Assembly: GCA_025594325.1 (NCBI GenBank)
Contig: JANHCV010000008.1
Span: 992,001 to 1,056,000 of the forward strand
DNA from: Blastocladiella emersonii ATCC 22665
Taxonomy: Eukaryota > Fungi > Blastocladiomycota
Direction of reading: 5' to 3'
Length of the DNA: 64,000 nucleotides
A model generated the notes under the pieces. It had not been told where the DNA came from. It was given only the letters and a program-made list of their open reading frames with translations, and made no database searches. The position numbers and the translations under genes are program-made. Positions 1 through 11,085 of this stretch are shown piece after piece (within the stretch, counting starts at the first letter, position 1; the number at the start of each line of letters is the position of its first letter).

Positions 1-609
1 ATGCTGGGCGAGGAACTCGATCTTGTCCAGGAGCCTCGTCGCATTGACGCATGCCAGTTCAAGCGGATCTTCGTGGAGCGGGTACACGCCAAAATCAGCT
101 ATGCGCCCAACTCGATCCGATACCTCGTCTACAACAAGCGCACGTCGCTCGAGAATCTGGCCGCCGCGATCTCGGAGTGCGCAGGCGAGCGCGACATGCA
201 GGCAGCACGAAAGAGGCTAGCCGGGTGCGGGTTCTGCTTGAGAGTCCCGTACCTCCTCCTAAAGTGCACGAAGCACCCTCTCGAAGCATGCATGCAGCTG
301 GACAAAGTGAGCCTCCACTCACGCGTCATCCTTGACGCGCTCGACGAGACTAGGATCGCTCTTCCTCGCGCGGCGCTTGGCGCGGTGCAATCGGCCAGCT
401 GGGCCCAAGATTTGACTGTTCACTTACTCGAGCAGTTCCGTGACGCGGCGCTTCCCAAGAATATGGCTGCCCGCGACGTGATGGCTGTCAGGCATTCTCG
501 CGAGTTGCTTCGCGCCCTGACCTCAGCTGAACTCTTGCCAGCGAGGAAAGGGGTCGTGATGTATAACCTGCGGATTCGCGTAGAATCGATATGGCGTCCA
601 CGAGTGTAG
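1..609 (+). CDS. Family A (subtype A4) Gag-like protein, 3' part; 5' end lies outside the window
   Basis: LDLVQEP..ID..QFKRIF aligns with VDLDQEPGFLDSRQIKLVF of 36694. Has knuckle CGFC-x12-H-x4-C and a C-terminal IW. AATAAA near 685. The Gag label is inference. Confidence 0.7.
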   Translation: MLGEELDLVQEPRRIDACQFKRIFVERVHAKISYAPNSIRYLVYNKRTSLENLAAAISECAGERDMQAARKRLAGCGFCLRVPYLLLKCTKHPLEACMQLDKVSLHSRVILDALDETRIALPRAALGAVQSASWAQDLTVHLLEQFRDAALPKNMAARDVMAVRHSRELLRALTSAELLPARKGVVMYNLRIRVESIWRPRV

Positions 610-920
610 CGGTTTGTGGCCGTTTCTTCTCCGCCGCATGAGTTTCCTGAACAAGTTCGTGAGCGTTCCTCATTCAGATATCGAATAAAAACCTAACGCC
701 GTAAAGAATGACCTGGCGCGTCAGTTACAGCGGTGAGACCAGCGCGGTGGTCATGTCCACGTGCTGCATGTGATGCGGGTGGGCCTTGCCAGGGGTGGCC
801 TTGTGCCAGGGGTTTGGCTTCCCACGGACACGGCCGGCCCCGAGGCGCCCAACTCGGCCGCCCTCGCTCTCCATCTCCTCGCGCTATCACAGATGAACTG
901 CCCATGTAACTCGATGCAAG

Positions 921-2585
921 ATGGAACTTGATGCATCTAAATGCGATCTTTATGCTTCCGCGGACTCGCTCGTTAAGTCCGCCCTGGACGAAGGTCGGTT
1001 GCCCGACGACCGCAGCTTGGTCGAGCTCCGTTCCTCAACCTTGCTCAAGGCTATGAACTTGCGAATTGAGTTGATCCGCGCCGCCCTTGCGTCACGCTGC
1101 CCGCTATCCACTGGGGAGTCGGTGTCTGACCTGCAAGCCCGTGCACAAACCGCTGCCGCGTTGCTTCGCGAGATCGAAGCGCTCGGTGTCTCGATCGACG
1201 CACGGCTCTCGGCAACGAAATGTGATTCGAGCCGGCGACCAGAACCAGCGCCGCGTGCCGGCCGCTCCGCTACTACTGCGCAGTGCATTCCCAGCCCGCG
1301 AACGTCCCCTGAGCGACGCGCACCCGTCTCTTCTCCCACTTGCGACCTCGAAGCCCGCGATGAACGCGACGCGTTGTATTTTCGCTACCGCAGCACCGAC
1401 ATTCCAGAATCGCGGATCTGCTGGAACGCCGAACTTTTTGTTAAACGCCTGCGCGCCGTGGCGCCCGACGCGCCGCTTGCCGCGTTGCTGTTCGCGTCGC
1501 GGTCCCGCTTGCCGCCTGACTTGTACACGGTCCTCCTTGCGCTGTTGCGCCCTAGCATGCCCGACACCGAGGCCGAGCACGCGTTCCTCCGTGCCTCGCT
1601 ACCCGACTGGAACTGCCGGTGGGTCCGCGAGTGGCTCACTCTTGGGCCACGGTCGCGCAACGGGATCAGCGCGTTCCAGGCCGACTTCCGCTTCTGGCTC
1701 CGCCGGGTGACGCAGATCGTACCCGCGGTCGAGCGCGAGTTCCACCTCAAGATGCTGTTTATGCGGCGAATTGAGGAACGGCTCGCGTGGACCGCCGAGT
1801 CGGTGCGCCGCATCGTCGACGACGAGAGCGGCTCGATCGTCGATATTGTCGTAGAGTACAACCGGCTTCTGCGTGTGGAGCGGGGCGAGGAGACCGAGCC
1901 ACGTCCCCTCGGCTTGCGCGCACCGCCTGTTCCTCCAGCCCCGCAACCTCGGGCTTCGCCACCTTCACCACGACCGCGCCCACGTTCGAGTTCAAGATCG
2001 AGCGCATCCTCCCGTTCCCGTACGCGTTCCCGTTCGCGCGCGCGAACTCGCTCGCTCTCGAGCCCAAGTTTGAGCCCACGCTCTCGTACTCGCTCTTGGT
2101 CACGCTCACGTTCTCGTACACGCGCTCGGTCACGCTTACGACCGCGTTCTCGATCCCCACTTGGATCCCTCGAGCCCCGGACCTGCGTGCTGTGCATGGA
2201 CCCGGACGTACACCTCCCGCCGCGCAGCAGCAGCTACCCCCGCTCGCTCCGCGGGCACCGCGCCGACCACGCCACCGAGACCTGCCCGCTGCTCAGCTCT
2301 CCGGAGGATCTCGCGCGGCCGTTCGTTGTGGCGGCACGCACTTTTCATCTCGGCGATCCCGTGGCCCCACCGCCGCGCGCGGACGCGGCGCTGCTGGACC
2401 AGGCGACGGAGGAGTGGATGCATAAGTTCCGCAGGGCGAAGATCCCGCGCGGCACGATGCCCGAGATCGCGCAGGAGCTCAAGTGGTGCCGTGTCATGAC
2501 CAAGGTGTTGCTCGCACTGCCGCAAGCGAGGCGGGTGCAGGTGCTGCGCAGTTTGTGGGCCGAGGTCGCGAGGCGGGTTGAGTGA
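921..2585 (+). CDS. Family A (A1) Gag-like protein, 554 aa, Arg/Ser tract after the core
   Basis: Intact ORF: LLKAMNLRIELIRAAL module, core (WVREWLTLGPRSRNGISAFQADF), RS tract, CVLC-x22-H-x4-C, ending LRSLWAEV. Confidence 0.8.
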   Translation: MELDASKCDLYASADSLVKSALDEGRLPDDRSLVELRSSTLLKAMNLRIELIRAALASRCPLSTGESVSDLQARAQTAAALLREIEALGVSIDARLSATKCDSSRRPEPAPRAGRSATTAQCIPSPRTSPERRAPVSSPTCDLEARDERDALYFRYRSTDIPESRICWNAELFVKRLRAVAPDAPLAALLFASRSRLPPDLYTVLLALLRPSMPDTEAEHAFLRASLPDWNCRWVREWLTLGPRSRNGISAFQADFRFWLRRVTQIVPAVEREFHLKMLFMRRIEERLAWTAESVRRIVDDESGSIVDIVVEYNRLLRVERGEETEPRPLGLRAPPVPPAPQPRASPPSPRPRPRSSSRSSASSRSRTRSRSRARTRSLSSPSLSPRSRTRSWSRSRSRTRARSRLRPRSRSPLGSLEPRTCVLCMDPDVHLPPRSSSYPRSLRGHRADHATETCPLLSSPEDLARPFVVAARTFHLGDPVAPPPRADAALLDQATEEWMHKFRRAKIPRGTMPEIAQELKWCRVMTKVLLALPQARRVQVLRSLWAEVARRVE

Positions 2586-3052
2586 GATAGATTGATAAGG
2601 GCTCAGTAGTGGATTAGCTCTCACAGATCGGACTACAAATAAAGACTCTAATCGGTTGTCTGACCCAATCTCCATCTGGAAAATCCGTCTCTTGCCCAGG
2701 CGTGGACGCTTGTGAACGTGTCAGTGACGTGCTTTCGCGTCGCTCGACAGTGTGGAGCGGTTGCGGCGGGGAGGGCGAAGATATTTAGGCCGCAATAGAT
2801 GGAGCGTACACTCGTTCCTCCGCTGAAAATGCGTAAATGGTTGCGCCCTGCGCCGCTCAGACTCGCGAATCAGTCCAACGGCGCGCTCCATCAACCGGCC
2901 CATCAGACGCCAATGCGTCATTTAAGGGAGCAGACTGCCCATTCAATACGTTGCTGCAACATACATTCATCATTTTTCGAAAGACTTCGTCCAATTCAGC
3001 GGTCAGGAGCGAGAGCGAGACGTTCGAGTGCGGCGCAAGCGGGTCCCGTCAC

Positions 3053-4072
3053 ATGAGCGATCAGTGCATTCACGAGCCCCTGCGCAGGTACAAAAGGCTC
3101 GCCTTCCGCAACACGACATCGCTGCCCTCTCTCGAGATCACCGACGAAACGACGCATCGACCCCGTCCCCGACTTCTAGCACTGCCAACCTCGCGGCGCA
3201 GCAACATGCATACTCCGAACTCGAACCGCGCGAGCGAGACGCCCAGCCCCGCCTCGGGCTGCAATCGCCGAACCAACGAGAACAATGCTATGCGCCCGAC
3301 TGGCGCTGGTTCGTGCAGCACCAGCTCGCCGTCTGGTCAGTCCCGCCGCCTCGGCCGCATTGCACCCTACCCGCCCGTCCCACAGCGCTACGCTCATACT
3401 TGGCCGAGCACGGTCTATGTGATGCCCTTGTCGCCGTTCCGTATGGCGGCTGGCCTCGGCACGCGGCCGTCCTCCGCCGACCGCGCCCTTGACGCGGGGT
3501 TCCGGGCCGCTGGTCTCGGTGGACTCTCGCCGATTCGCGAGCGGGACCACGCCAAGCTGTTCCAAGTTCCCGGCCTCGGCTTCCGTGCTCACTCTGCCAA
3601 CCACAGCCGCACCTATCTGCACCATGGTGCACGTCTCGATCCTCAGCTGACTTTTATCGAGCTCGGCCGCACCGAACGACCGCATCGCATCGTCCCGGGC
3701 GCGCGCCCGCCACCGCTCGTCGAACAACGCAACGCTGGGCCGACGCAGCAGGGTGCCACCACACGCGCGCGTCCGCCGTCGGCCACCGCCAATGGCCGGG
3801 CAATCTGCAGAGGGTGTCAATTGGGCTGCTCGAGTAGGACGAGTTCAAGCACGAGCACGCTGGCGCGCTCAGCACGATCGCGCGCGGCGCAGGGTGCCCA
3901 TAGTGGGATCTGTTCGCTACTCGTTCCGACAATGAGAAGGTGGAACTTCTGCACTGCCGCGCGAAAAAAGCCGAACCGGTGTGGTTCCTCGACCCCGCGT
4001 GCGAGACGGGGCAGCGGCGGACGCGTCGTCCACGTCCGCGTGACGTCCGCGGCTGGTGGCCCACCGGGCTGA
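3053..4072 (+). CDS. Hypothetical low-complexity (S/P/R-rich) protein
   Basis: Long open frame (ATG at 3053) with no recognisable motif and no paralog in the window. Could be a GC-rich chance ORF. Confidence 0.25.
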   Translation: MSDQCIHEPLRRYKRLAFRNTTSLPSLEITDETTHRPRPRLLALPTSRRSNMHTPNSNRASETPSPASGCNRRTNENNAMRPTGAGSCSTSSPSGQSRRLGRIAPYPPVPQRYAHTWPSTVYVMPLSPFRMAAGLGTRPSSADRALDAGFRAAGLGGLSPIRERDHAKLFQVPGLGFRAHSANHSRTYLHHGARLDPQLTFIELGRTERPHRIVPGARPPPLVEQRNAGPTQQGATTRARPPSATANGRAICRGCQLGCSSRTSSSTSTLARSARSRAAQGAHSGICSLLVPTMRRWNFCTAARKKPNRCGSSTPRARRGSGGRVVHVRVTSAAGGPPG

Positions 4073-4145
4073 TCAGCTCGCGGGACAGCAAGCTCTCTTG
4101 ATCGTACCCTCTGCAACGCCTGAATCACATGTAACTCGATGCAAC

Positions 4146-5723
4146 ATGCTCTCAGCTACATTTATGTGTGATTCCGACGTTTCCGCGGGCACGGGCGCCA
4201 AAGTGAAGGGTCGGCCACCCGCTGACCGCGACGAGCTCGTCAAGCTCCGCACCGCGAACCTGCTCGAGACTATGAACTTGCGCACAAAAATGATCCGCAT
4301 CGCTCTCACGAACCGCCGTTTGCCAAGCGCTGAACGGTCCACGGCGGACCCGCAGGCGGGTGCTGAAGCTGTGGCCCGCAGGTTGCGCGAGCTCGAAGAG
4401 CAAGGCTTCCTTATCGACTTGCGGCTTGCAGCAATCGATGGGCAGCCTTGTCGAGCTGCTGAGCACCCGAACGCAGTTCCCGAGGTCGACGACCCGCGTG
4501 GCGGGCGCGACGACGGCGTGCTCCCGCCCGCGGCCGAGGCGCCTACAATTGACGCAGCTGAAGCCTTCTATCTGACGCCGAGTTCGGTCGAGCTACGCGC
4601 CTGCCGTAGCGATAACCCTCTGGAGTCATTGGCCCGATCGGCTGCACCGCGAACCACGGCTGCACCTTGCGAATCGCCCACGCTGCCGCCAAATTGTACC
4701 GCCGGAGTCGAACCGATCGTGCAACGACCGCTGCAGCACACAAACGAAGGGAAACCCGGGATTTTGCCGCGTGCGAGCTGGGACCTCGCGCATGCGCGGC
4801 ACTTCATCGCGCGCTATGCAACTCTGGCGATGCCGCTGCAAGAACCGCCTCAAGTGACGACGGTACCCGACGACCCGAATTCGCTTCTCTGTCCATGCCC
4901 GCCAGCGGGTCCCATGTCTGAAGGAGAACTCGCCGCGGTTGTTTCGGAGCACGGTCCCGTCTACCGCGCGCCCAGTGCGGTATCTATGCGCACGCCCGCC
5001 GCCATGACCTTGTCGCGCGCCTTTCTGGCCCAGCTCTCAAAACTCGTCCCGAGGGGCTCGCTCGCACGCGCGTTGCTCGTGTCGCGCGGGAAAGTAGATT
5101 GTAACACTTACATCGTGTACGCCGTGTTTCTCAACCCGCGCTCAACGGGCGACACGGCCGCCGCCCGCCACTTCCTCAACGCGACTGACGCCCGCTGGCA
5201 GCCCGCGTGGGTCGCCCGGTGGCGATCGCTTCGCGCACGGCCTGGTGTGCCTGTCGCCGCTTTCTACGAACAGTTCGCGAGCGCGCTCGACGACGCAGGC
5301 GTCAGTTTCGCGGCCGCGGGTCAGCTTGCCCACATCAAGGCGCTGTTCCTCGACATGGTGAGCGTGCTCCCGCACCATGTGCTTGCGCGGATCGCGGGCA
5401 TGGTCGACGATGCGGGCAAGTCGCTTGAAGATTACGTGGCGGCGATCGGCGAGGTCAAGTTCCCGGCCGTCGCGCGAGCTCTTGCTCCGCCCGTGACTTC
5501 TCCAGTGGTTGAGCCGCCATCGATTGCCCCGCGCGCCTCGCTGAGCAGTGTGCGGACCAACACCTCAACGAATTCAGCGCTGCCGCGTCGCCCGGTAAAG
5601 CCCACAGCTAACAGCGATGCGCTCAAGGGGCTCGCGGGCCCTGCTCGCCGCCCGACTGTGGGCGACGCGATGTGGAAGATGGGTCAATGGCAGCGAGCGG
5701 CCGCGCTCGAGCGGCTGCAGTAG
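4146..5723 (+). CDS. Family A (A1-like) protein lacking the zinc knuckle and tail domain
   Basis: LLETMNLRTKMIRIAL module and core (WVARWRSLRARPGVPVAAFYEQF...HIKALF) are present. No CxxC..H..C. Preceded by CATGTAACTCGATGCAAC-ATG. Confidence 0.7.
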   Translation: MLSATFMCDSDVSAGTGAKVKGRPPADRDELVKLRTANLLETMNLRTKMIRIALTNRRLPSAERSTADPQAGAEAVARRLRELEEQGFLIDLRLAAIDGQPCRAAEHPNAVPEVDDPRGGRDDGVLPPAAEAPTIDAAEAFYLTPSSVELRACRSDNPLESLARSAAPRTTAAPCESPTLPPNCTAGVEPIVQRPLQHTNEGKPGILPRASWDLAHARHFIARYATLAMPLQEPPQVTTVPDDPNSLLCPCPPAGPMSEGELAAVVSEHGPVYRAPSAVSMRTPAAMTLSRAFLAQLSKLVPRGSLARALLVSRGKVDCNTYIVYAVFLNPRSTGDTAAARHFLNATDARWQPAWVARWRSLRARPGVPVAAFYEQFASALDDAGVSFAAAGQLAHIKALFLDMVSVLPHHVLARIAGMVDDAGKSLEDYVAAIGEVKFPAVARALAPPVTSPVVEPPSIAPRASLSSVRTNTSTNSALPRRPVKPTANSDALKGLAGPARRPTVGDAMWKMGQWQRAAALERLQ

Positions 5724-5805
5724 TTAATCGAAGGATAGAATCGCTCTTTCGAACGATCGAGACTCAGAATGAACATGCTTTCGACAGGGAGACCGGATAT
5801 AATAC

Positions 5806-7257
5806 TTACGTCGCCCGTATCTCGCACATTCTCGCAATCTGGCTCCTCACGGTGATCAGCCGCGACTCGAGCCTCGATGCTGGGAACTCGGCCAGCCCAC
5901 GCAGGTTCAGCGCGCCGCGGCGGATCTTGGCCCGGTCTTGTTCGAGCGAGAACGAGAACTTGGCCCGCTCCAGCTTGTCCGCCCACTTGAGAGAAAGCGC
6001 GGCGAGATCGGCATACCACGTGCTGCGCATGACGGTGAACGAAGGGAACTTGCCAATCATGCGGAGTGCGAGCTCGATAGAACCAGCGATTTGGTCAACT
6101 TTCGAACCCGGCTGGCAGTTCAGGATCGAGTGGTTTCTGGCTTCCTGACGCAGCATGGGAAAGTGCTTGCAGTAGGTGCACGGCCGCAGGGCAGCGCGCT
6201 CCTCCTTGGGATCGCGTGGAGCGGGCAATAGGGCGGGCAGTGGGGTAGCGAGTGGGCGACACGTTGAAGAGTCGCGAAGTTGCAGCGGCGAAGGCTGTGC
6301 GAGCACATTGCTTCCCGCGGGAGCGGCGGGGATTTTGAAGTTGCCGAGCTCTTCAGCGATGTCTGCGATGGTAGCGTAGCTGCTCTTGACGAGTCGTTCC
6401 ATCCTTGGATCTCTCGCCTCGGGCAAGTTGCTAAGCTTCTCGAGAAACAGGACTTTGATGTTCGGCGAGCTTGCGAGTATCCTGAAGTTGCCCCAATCGC
6501 GGAACACCCCCCACACGCGTTGATGAAAAGTTGACACGAGCGTGCCGGGCGGCGGCACCATTTCAACCCAGCGCCGAACCCAAGTGGGCCGAGAGGGTGG
6601 GTCGGTAGCGTCAAGAAAGTTGACTCGCGCGTCTAAATCGTTCTGAGTTGCAAGGATGAGCACCGAAACGGCAAGGTAGTCGTCGTGCGGCATGTTATCC
6701 ATTGACGCGATCAGTGCGCGGGCAAGGCTACCCGGCGGCACGAGTTCGCAAAGACAGTCGATACAGTCTTGCGGGTCAACGGTGGACCACCGCCCGGGCG
6801 GAGCGGGGAGCCGAAGCAGCGGACCACGCTCGCGGATGAGAGATTCCAGGGGCCGGCCGCGGTCTTCGGCGCGTAGCGTGGGCTGTGTGGTCGTCGGTTC
6901 TTGCGTTGGAGTTGGTGTAAAAGAGACAGGAGCTGGTTTTGGGGGCAGTGAAGTCGATCGAATGACCAAGTAGCGCTCGAGCGCGTTGCAGTGGAGCTCG
7001 AGCTGGCTGAGCGCGGAAGCCAAATCGGCTGGCGACGACGCCGTCGCATTACCAAGTCGATGGTCGAGCAAAGATCGCAAGTGAGTAACCCGCGCTTCCA
7101 CTAGGCGGTGCAAGGACTCCTCGAGCAAGCGGCGGCGGCGGCTTTGATCGTCAACAAGAAGCAGCGGCACCTCACCGGGTTCGTTCGACGCGATGGGGTC
7201 GCAAGCGGCATCACAGATAGTAGATTGAGCTCTTTTAAGGACGTTGCATGAAGTCAT
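5806..7257 (-). CDS. Family A Gag-like protein, 483 aa
   Basis: MTSCN start, core (WVRRWVEMVPPPGTLVSTFHQRV..NIKVLF), CTYC-x12-H-x4-C. Confidence 0.8.
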   Translation of the reverse strand: MTSCNVLKRAQSTICDAACDPIASNEPGEVPLLLVDDQSRRRRLLEESLHRLVEARVTHLRSLLDHRLGNATASSPADLASALSQLELHCNALERYLVIRSTSLPPKPAPVSFTPTPTQEPTTTQPTLRAEDRGRPLESLIRERGPLLRLPAPPGRWSTVDPQDCIDCLCELVPPGSLARALIASMDNMPHDDYLAVSVLILATQNDLDARVNFLDATDPPSRPTWVRRWVEMVPPPGTLVSTFHQRVWGVFRDWGNFRILASSPNIKVLFLEKLSNLPEARDPRMERLVKSSYATIADIAEELGNFKIPAAPAGSNVLAQPSPLQLRDSSTCRPLATPLPALLPAPRDPKEERAALRPCTYCKHFPMLRQEARNHSILNCQPGSKVDQIAGSIELALRMIGKFPSFTVMRSTWYADLAALSLKWADKLERAKFSFSLEQDRAKIRRGALNLRGLAEFPASRLESRLITVRSQIARMCEIRAT

Positions 7258-7707
7258 GGTGGATACACATGAGTTTCCAGGTTGGTGCGAGAGAGGGGAG
7301 CTGCTGTTTGGGCGCGAGAGATGATCACGTTATTTTGCCTCGCGTCTCACGGTGGCTTGCGCACCGGCGCCCTTCCTCTGCTCGAATCGAGATCCTCGCA
7401 TACCAGCGCGACTCGGCCAGCTCAACCTGGACTTCAAGCACCAGTACGTCAAGAACTCGCATCGCAGCCCGCGTTGCTTGGTTTCGTTTGGCAGGCGGTT
7501 CGCCGATGCGCGCACCATGCTCTCGCCTTCATCGTTCGCTTGGTAGCGGGTGAAAGCAGCACCTGGTCGTCAGCTGCGACCGAACGGCGCCGTTCACCTG
7601 AGCGCGAGCTCACGTGAGGCTGAGCGGACTGTGTCAAGCCCACAAGTCGCCGGTCGGTCAGCGTCCCTCGTCTCTCCCGCGTCCCATGATTACTCCACAC
7701 CTTAGCC

Positions 7708-9165
7708 ATGAATACTCCATGCAACTTCAATGAGAAACCGTTCCCATCACACGGTGACTCTTCCCGCGCTGCGGAACAACCTCTTGCAGAGCCGTCCAAG
7801 CGGAGCAGTGGGAGCGAGTCGGAAACAATCTTGCGTGTTATGGAGTTGCGCATCGAAATTATACGGACCGCGCTTTCGATGGGTCTTGAAAGCTTCTCTA
7901 CCCCGTGGCAAGCGGATGCCGCCGCCGCCAAACTCGCCAAGCTCAAGGCGCAGCTCGCGAGCTTGACTGAGCCTAAGCTGCGTTTCAGTCCGGCTCGAGC
8001 CGAAGCAGGCCCCGCGTCGACCCAAACTAAAACCGACTCTGCTTGCGCCAGTCCAGCGCATAGTCGACGCGAGGTCGAGGTGGGTCGTCCGCACAGCTTG
8101 CCGTTTTCCATGCCGCCCGCAGCTTACCCAGTCGAGGCTATGGAGCCCTCCATTGACAACCCCGCTCGCTACTTCTACAACGACCACCTTCGCTTAAACC
8201 TCAAGGACTTTGGCCCACGGTTCCGTACAATGCCCAACGACGTCGAACAAGCGCTTCGTGCTGGCCGAGTGTTCCTTGATGAGCTCGGTCGCTTCGCGCC
8301 CGAAATCCCCCTTGCCGTGCTGCTGGTGCATTCATACCCAAACGTTCATCGCGCGGTTTATCGCACCTACGCCGTCTCCTTGAGCATGACCGCGTCCGAC
8401 GACGAGGCCAGACATCTCTTCCTTGACGCCCTCAGGCCGCAGGACGATCGGTCATCGTGGATCAACTGCTGGGCCCGCTTGAAGCCCCGACCGAGCACCA
8501 CTGTTGCAAAGTTCTACACGGATTTCGTAGACCTGCTCAGCGAAAAGATCCCGATCGACGCAGCCTTTCAGAGATCGTGGCACATGAAGAAACTGTTCGC
8601 GGACAAGCTGTTCATGTCGCTCGGGTACAACCCGCGGTCGTCGCGCAATCCGCGGTCATCGCTGGACATGATTGCTGATCCCGAATTCACCCTGTCTGAG
8701 ATGGCCGCCGCCCTCGGTGACATTGTGTTTCCCGCGGTTCTCTCGACCACGCCCGCACCACTGCATAGCGGCGACGCGTCGATCCGCAGCGGCGCTGGTA
8801 TCTGCATGTACTGCCGCTTACTTTGTCTAGCCCTCGATGTCATCCGCTCGCATACCACTCGCGACTGCCGCGCACTGCATGACACTCGTTCCGTCGCGAC
8901 GGCCATCGTGAGCGCAGCGCGAAGCATGGGAGTCCCAAGACCACCGCTTCGTGTGCCCGCTCCGCACGACCACGCCGCAATCACGACCGCGCGGCAGTGG
9001 ATCGAAGGTGTGACCCGCACGGGGATCCCAAAGGGCACGTCGCAGCGGAAGGCCGTTGAAATCAAGTCTGGGCGCATGGTCGCGCAGGCGATGATGATGC
9101 TTCCCATGATCGATTTTGACCGAGTCTTTCTCGGCATCTGGGCCGAGATTGTGGCGATGTGGTAG
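7708..9165 (+). CDS. Family A (A2-like) Gag-like protein, 485 aa
   Basis: MNTPCN start, VMELRIEIIRTAL, core (LKPRPSTTVAKFYTDFVDLL..FADKLFMSLGYNP), CMYC-x12-H-x4-C, ending IWAEI. Confidence 0.8.
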   Translation: MNTPCNFNEKPFPSHGDSSRAAEQPLAEPSKRSSGSESETILRVMELRIEIIRTALSMGLESFSTPWQADAAAAKLAKLKAQLASLTEPKLRFSPARAEAGPASTQTKTDSACASPAHSRREVEVGRPHSLPFSMPPAAYPVEAMEPSIDNPARYFYNDHLRLNLKDFGPRFRTMPNDVEQALRAGRVFLDELGRFAPEIPLAVLLVHSYPNVHRAVYRTYAVSLSMTASDDEARHLFLDALRPQDDRSSWINCWARLKPRPSTTVAKFYTDFVDLLSEKIPIDAAFQRSWHMKKLFADKLFMSLGYNPRSSRNPRSSLDMIADPEFTLSEMAAALGDIVFPAVLSTTPAPLHSGDASIRSGAGICMYCRLLCLALDVIRSHTTRDCRALHDTRSVATAIVSAARSMGVPRPPLRVPAPHDHAAITTARQWIEGVTRTGIPKGTSQRKAVEIKSGRMVAQAMMMLPMIDFDRVFLGIWAEIVAMW

Positions 9166-9327
9166 CTCAATACAATGTAGATTTTTGATGGTTCTAGTTT
9201 TCTGCTGATTTGAACAAATCCGCTCACAAAGTCGTGCCCACGTGAGTCGCGCAACAACGACGCGTTCAGCGACGCGTTCCCAAGAACCGTCACCGCTTCC
9301 TCAGACTCGAAATATCCACCCACTGCC

Positions 9328-11085
9328 ATGGATTCGCCGTCTTCTACTATATGCAATGAACTTCTTGCTCTATCGCAGCCGGATCGCAATGCAGATTTGA
9401 CGCCGGCCGTCGCTGCACTCGATCGCGTCACGGTTACTACGAGGCTTGAAGACGCGTCGAGCTACGACTTGGCTGTTCTCGAGCAAGGAGCGGTTTGTAA
9501 TCTCCTGTCGCGCCGACTTGGACTGCTCCGAGCCGCCTTATGTCCGCGCGTTGCACCGAGCAAGCCTTTTTCAGCGGAGGAGATATTCAGCGCGTCGCTT
9601 ACACTATTCCGTGCTCAATCGGTGTACAACGCGATCAAACAGCCATCTACCCTCGAAGCTCCTATCAAGGTCTCTCCCGTTGTCGCGACTGTCCAGCTTG
9701 CCGCCAATTTCGACCATTTACCGTCAGAGCTCCAACATGCGGAAGTCGCGCTTAGCGCCGAGCCTCCCGAAACGGTTGTCTCCGCGCCCGAGCCTGTTGA
9801 GTCTGAACCCGACTCCTTTACTGCCGAGCTCGAATTGATTTCATCCGCGCCAGGTTCGCCAGGTTCGAGGGTTGATGTTGTCATTCCCGAGGCCGAATCA
9901 GTGGCTCTTCCTTCGGTGTACGAGTCTCGTTCTCCTTCTCCCCTTGCAGTCGCCAAGCCAAACTCAAGCGTATTATCCTCGAGCCCAGCTCACGCGTCTG
10001 AACCGGCACACGTTGGGCCAACGACACTGCTCGCAGCGTGCTTGACACTTACAGCTCACATCAACAACATCTTTTGCTCCGTGGACTCAGCCAAGTTTGA
10101 CTACACCAAGGCTGCTTCTGCCGCCGAGTCGTTGCTTGAAATTCTCGCAAACGGGGTCGAGCCAGGTCATCTCGCCCGAGCTCTGATTGACTCGCACGAC
10201 CGCCTCCCGTCTCAAGTGTACCGCACCTACGCAATCGCTTTGTCGCCCGAAATGTCCGATGGCGCTGCGCGTGCCGCTGTTCGCTCTGTCTTTTCTCATC
10301 CTTGCCGGGACTGTGTTGCGCGCTGGATCAGGTTTTACATCAAGACTAGACCGAAAAACCAGATGAAAATGCGTCTACTCCTCGTCAGCGCCGATAAGAT
10401 CTTGATCGGATCTGCATCACGTTTTGTGGACCGTTCGAGACTTTCACACGTCAAGGGACTCTTCATTGACACGCTTGCGTGGATTGATCGTGCTTCGCTC
10501 TCCTCGCAGATTGATGATCCAAATGTCAAGGTCGCAGACATCTTGACCATCGCTTCCCAGCACTGCGCGTCGTCGACCAAGTCGCGCGCAGTTGAACAGC
10601 ACAGCTCATCCCGCCCGGCGAGCTTGTTAAACGCTCCCGCGCAACAGCGGCCATCCGCGATCGCTTATAACTCAGCTACTCGTCTCACTTATGACACTCC
10701 AACGTTTCAGCGACAGGCCGTCGGCTGCAGCTACTGCATGTCCGCCTTCGACTGCCACCAAATCGCTCCGCACACCGAGACCAACTGTCCCCGCCTCTTT
10801 GACGCCCCGGAGATCGGCGCCCAAGTAAGCAGAGCCATCGCTGCAATGTTCTACCCGGTCGCAATCATTCTTCCACAGTACGGCCACGAAGACTACGCAC
10901 TTGACGCGCTGAAGACGCGAATGAGCCACGACTTCGCGGGTCGGCGGGTGTGCGCTGACCATCGGCGTGCGCTTACAGCGCTCAACGCGCTCTTCCGCAT
11001 CCCGCAGTTCGAAACACGGCGTGATCGGATCCAACGGATTCTTGCGTGGACTCAGTTCATGCAGTCGGGCCGGCCGGCAGTTTGA
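9328..11085 (+). CDS. Family A (A5) Gag-like protein, 585 aa
   Basis: STICN motif and EQGAVCNLLSRRLGLLRAAL module shared with 31791, 38831 and 59383. Core present, CSYC-x11-H-x4-C. Confidence 0.8.
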   Translation: MDSPSSTICNELLALSQPDRNADLTPAVAALDRVTVTTRLEDASSYDLAVLEQGAVCNLLSRRLGLLRAALCPRVAPSKPFSAEEIFSASLTLFRAQSVYNAIKQPSTLEAPIKVSPVVATVQLAANFDHLPSELQHAEVALSAEPPETVVSAPEPVESEPDSFTAELELISSAPGSPGSRVDVVIPEAESVALPSVYESRSPSPLAVAKPNSSVLSSSPAHASEPAHVGPTTLLAACLTLTAHINNIFCSVDSAKFDYTKAASAAESLLEILANGVEPGHLARALIDSHDRLPSQVYRTYAIALSPEMSDGAARAAVRSVFSHPCRDCVARWIRFYIKTRPKNQMKMRLLLVSADKILIGSASRFVDRSRLSHVKGLFIDTLAWIDRASLSSQIDDPNVKVADILTIASQHCASSTKSRAVEQHSSSRPASLLNAPAQQRPSAIAYNSATRLTYDTPTFQRQAVGCSYCMSAFDCHQIAPHTETNCPRLFDAPEIGAQVSRAIAAMFYPVAIILPQYGHEDYALDALKTRMSHDFAGRRVCADHRRALTALNALFRIPQFETRRDRIQRILAWTQFMQSGRPAV

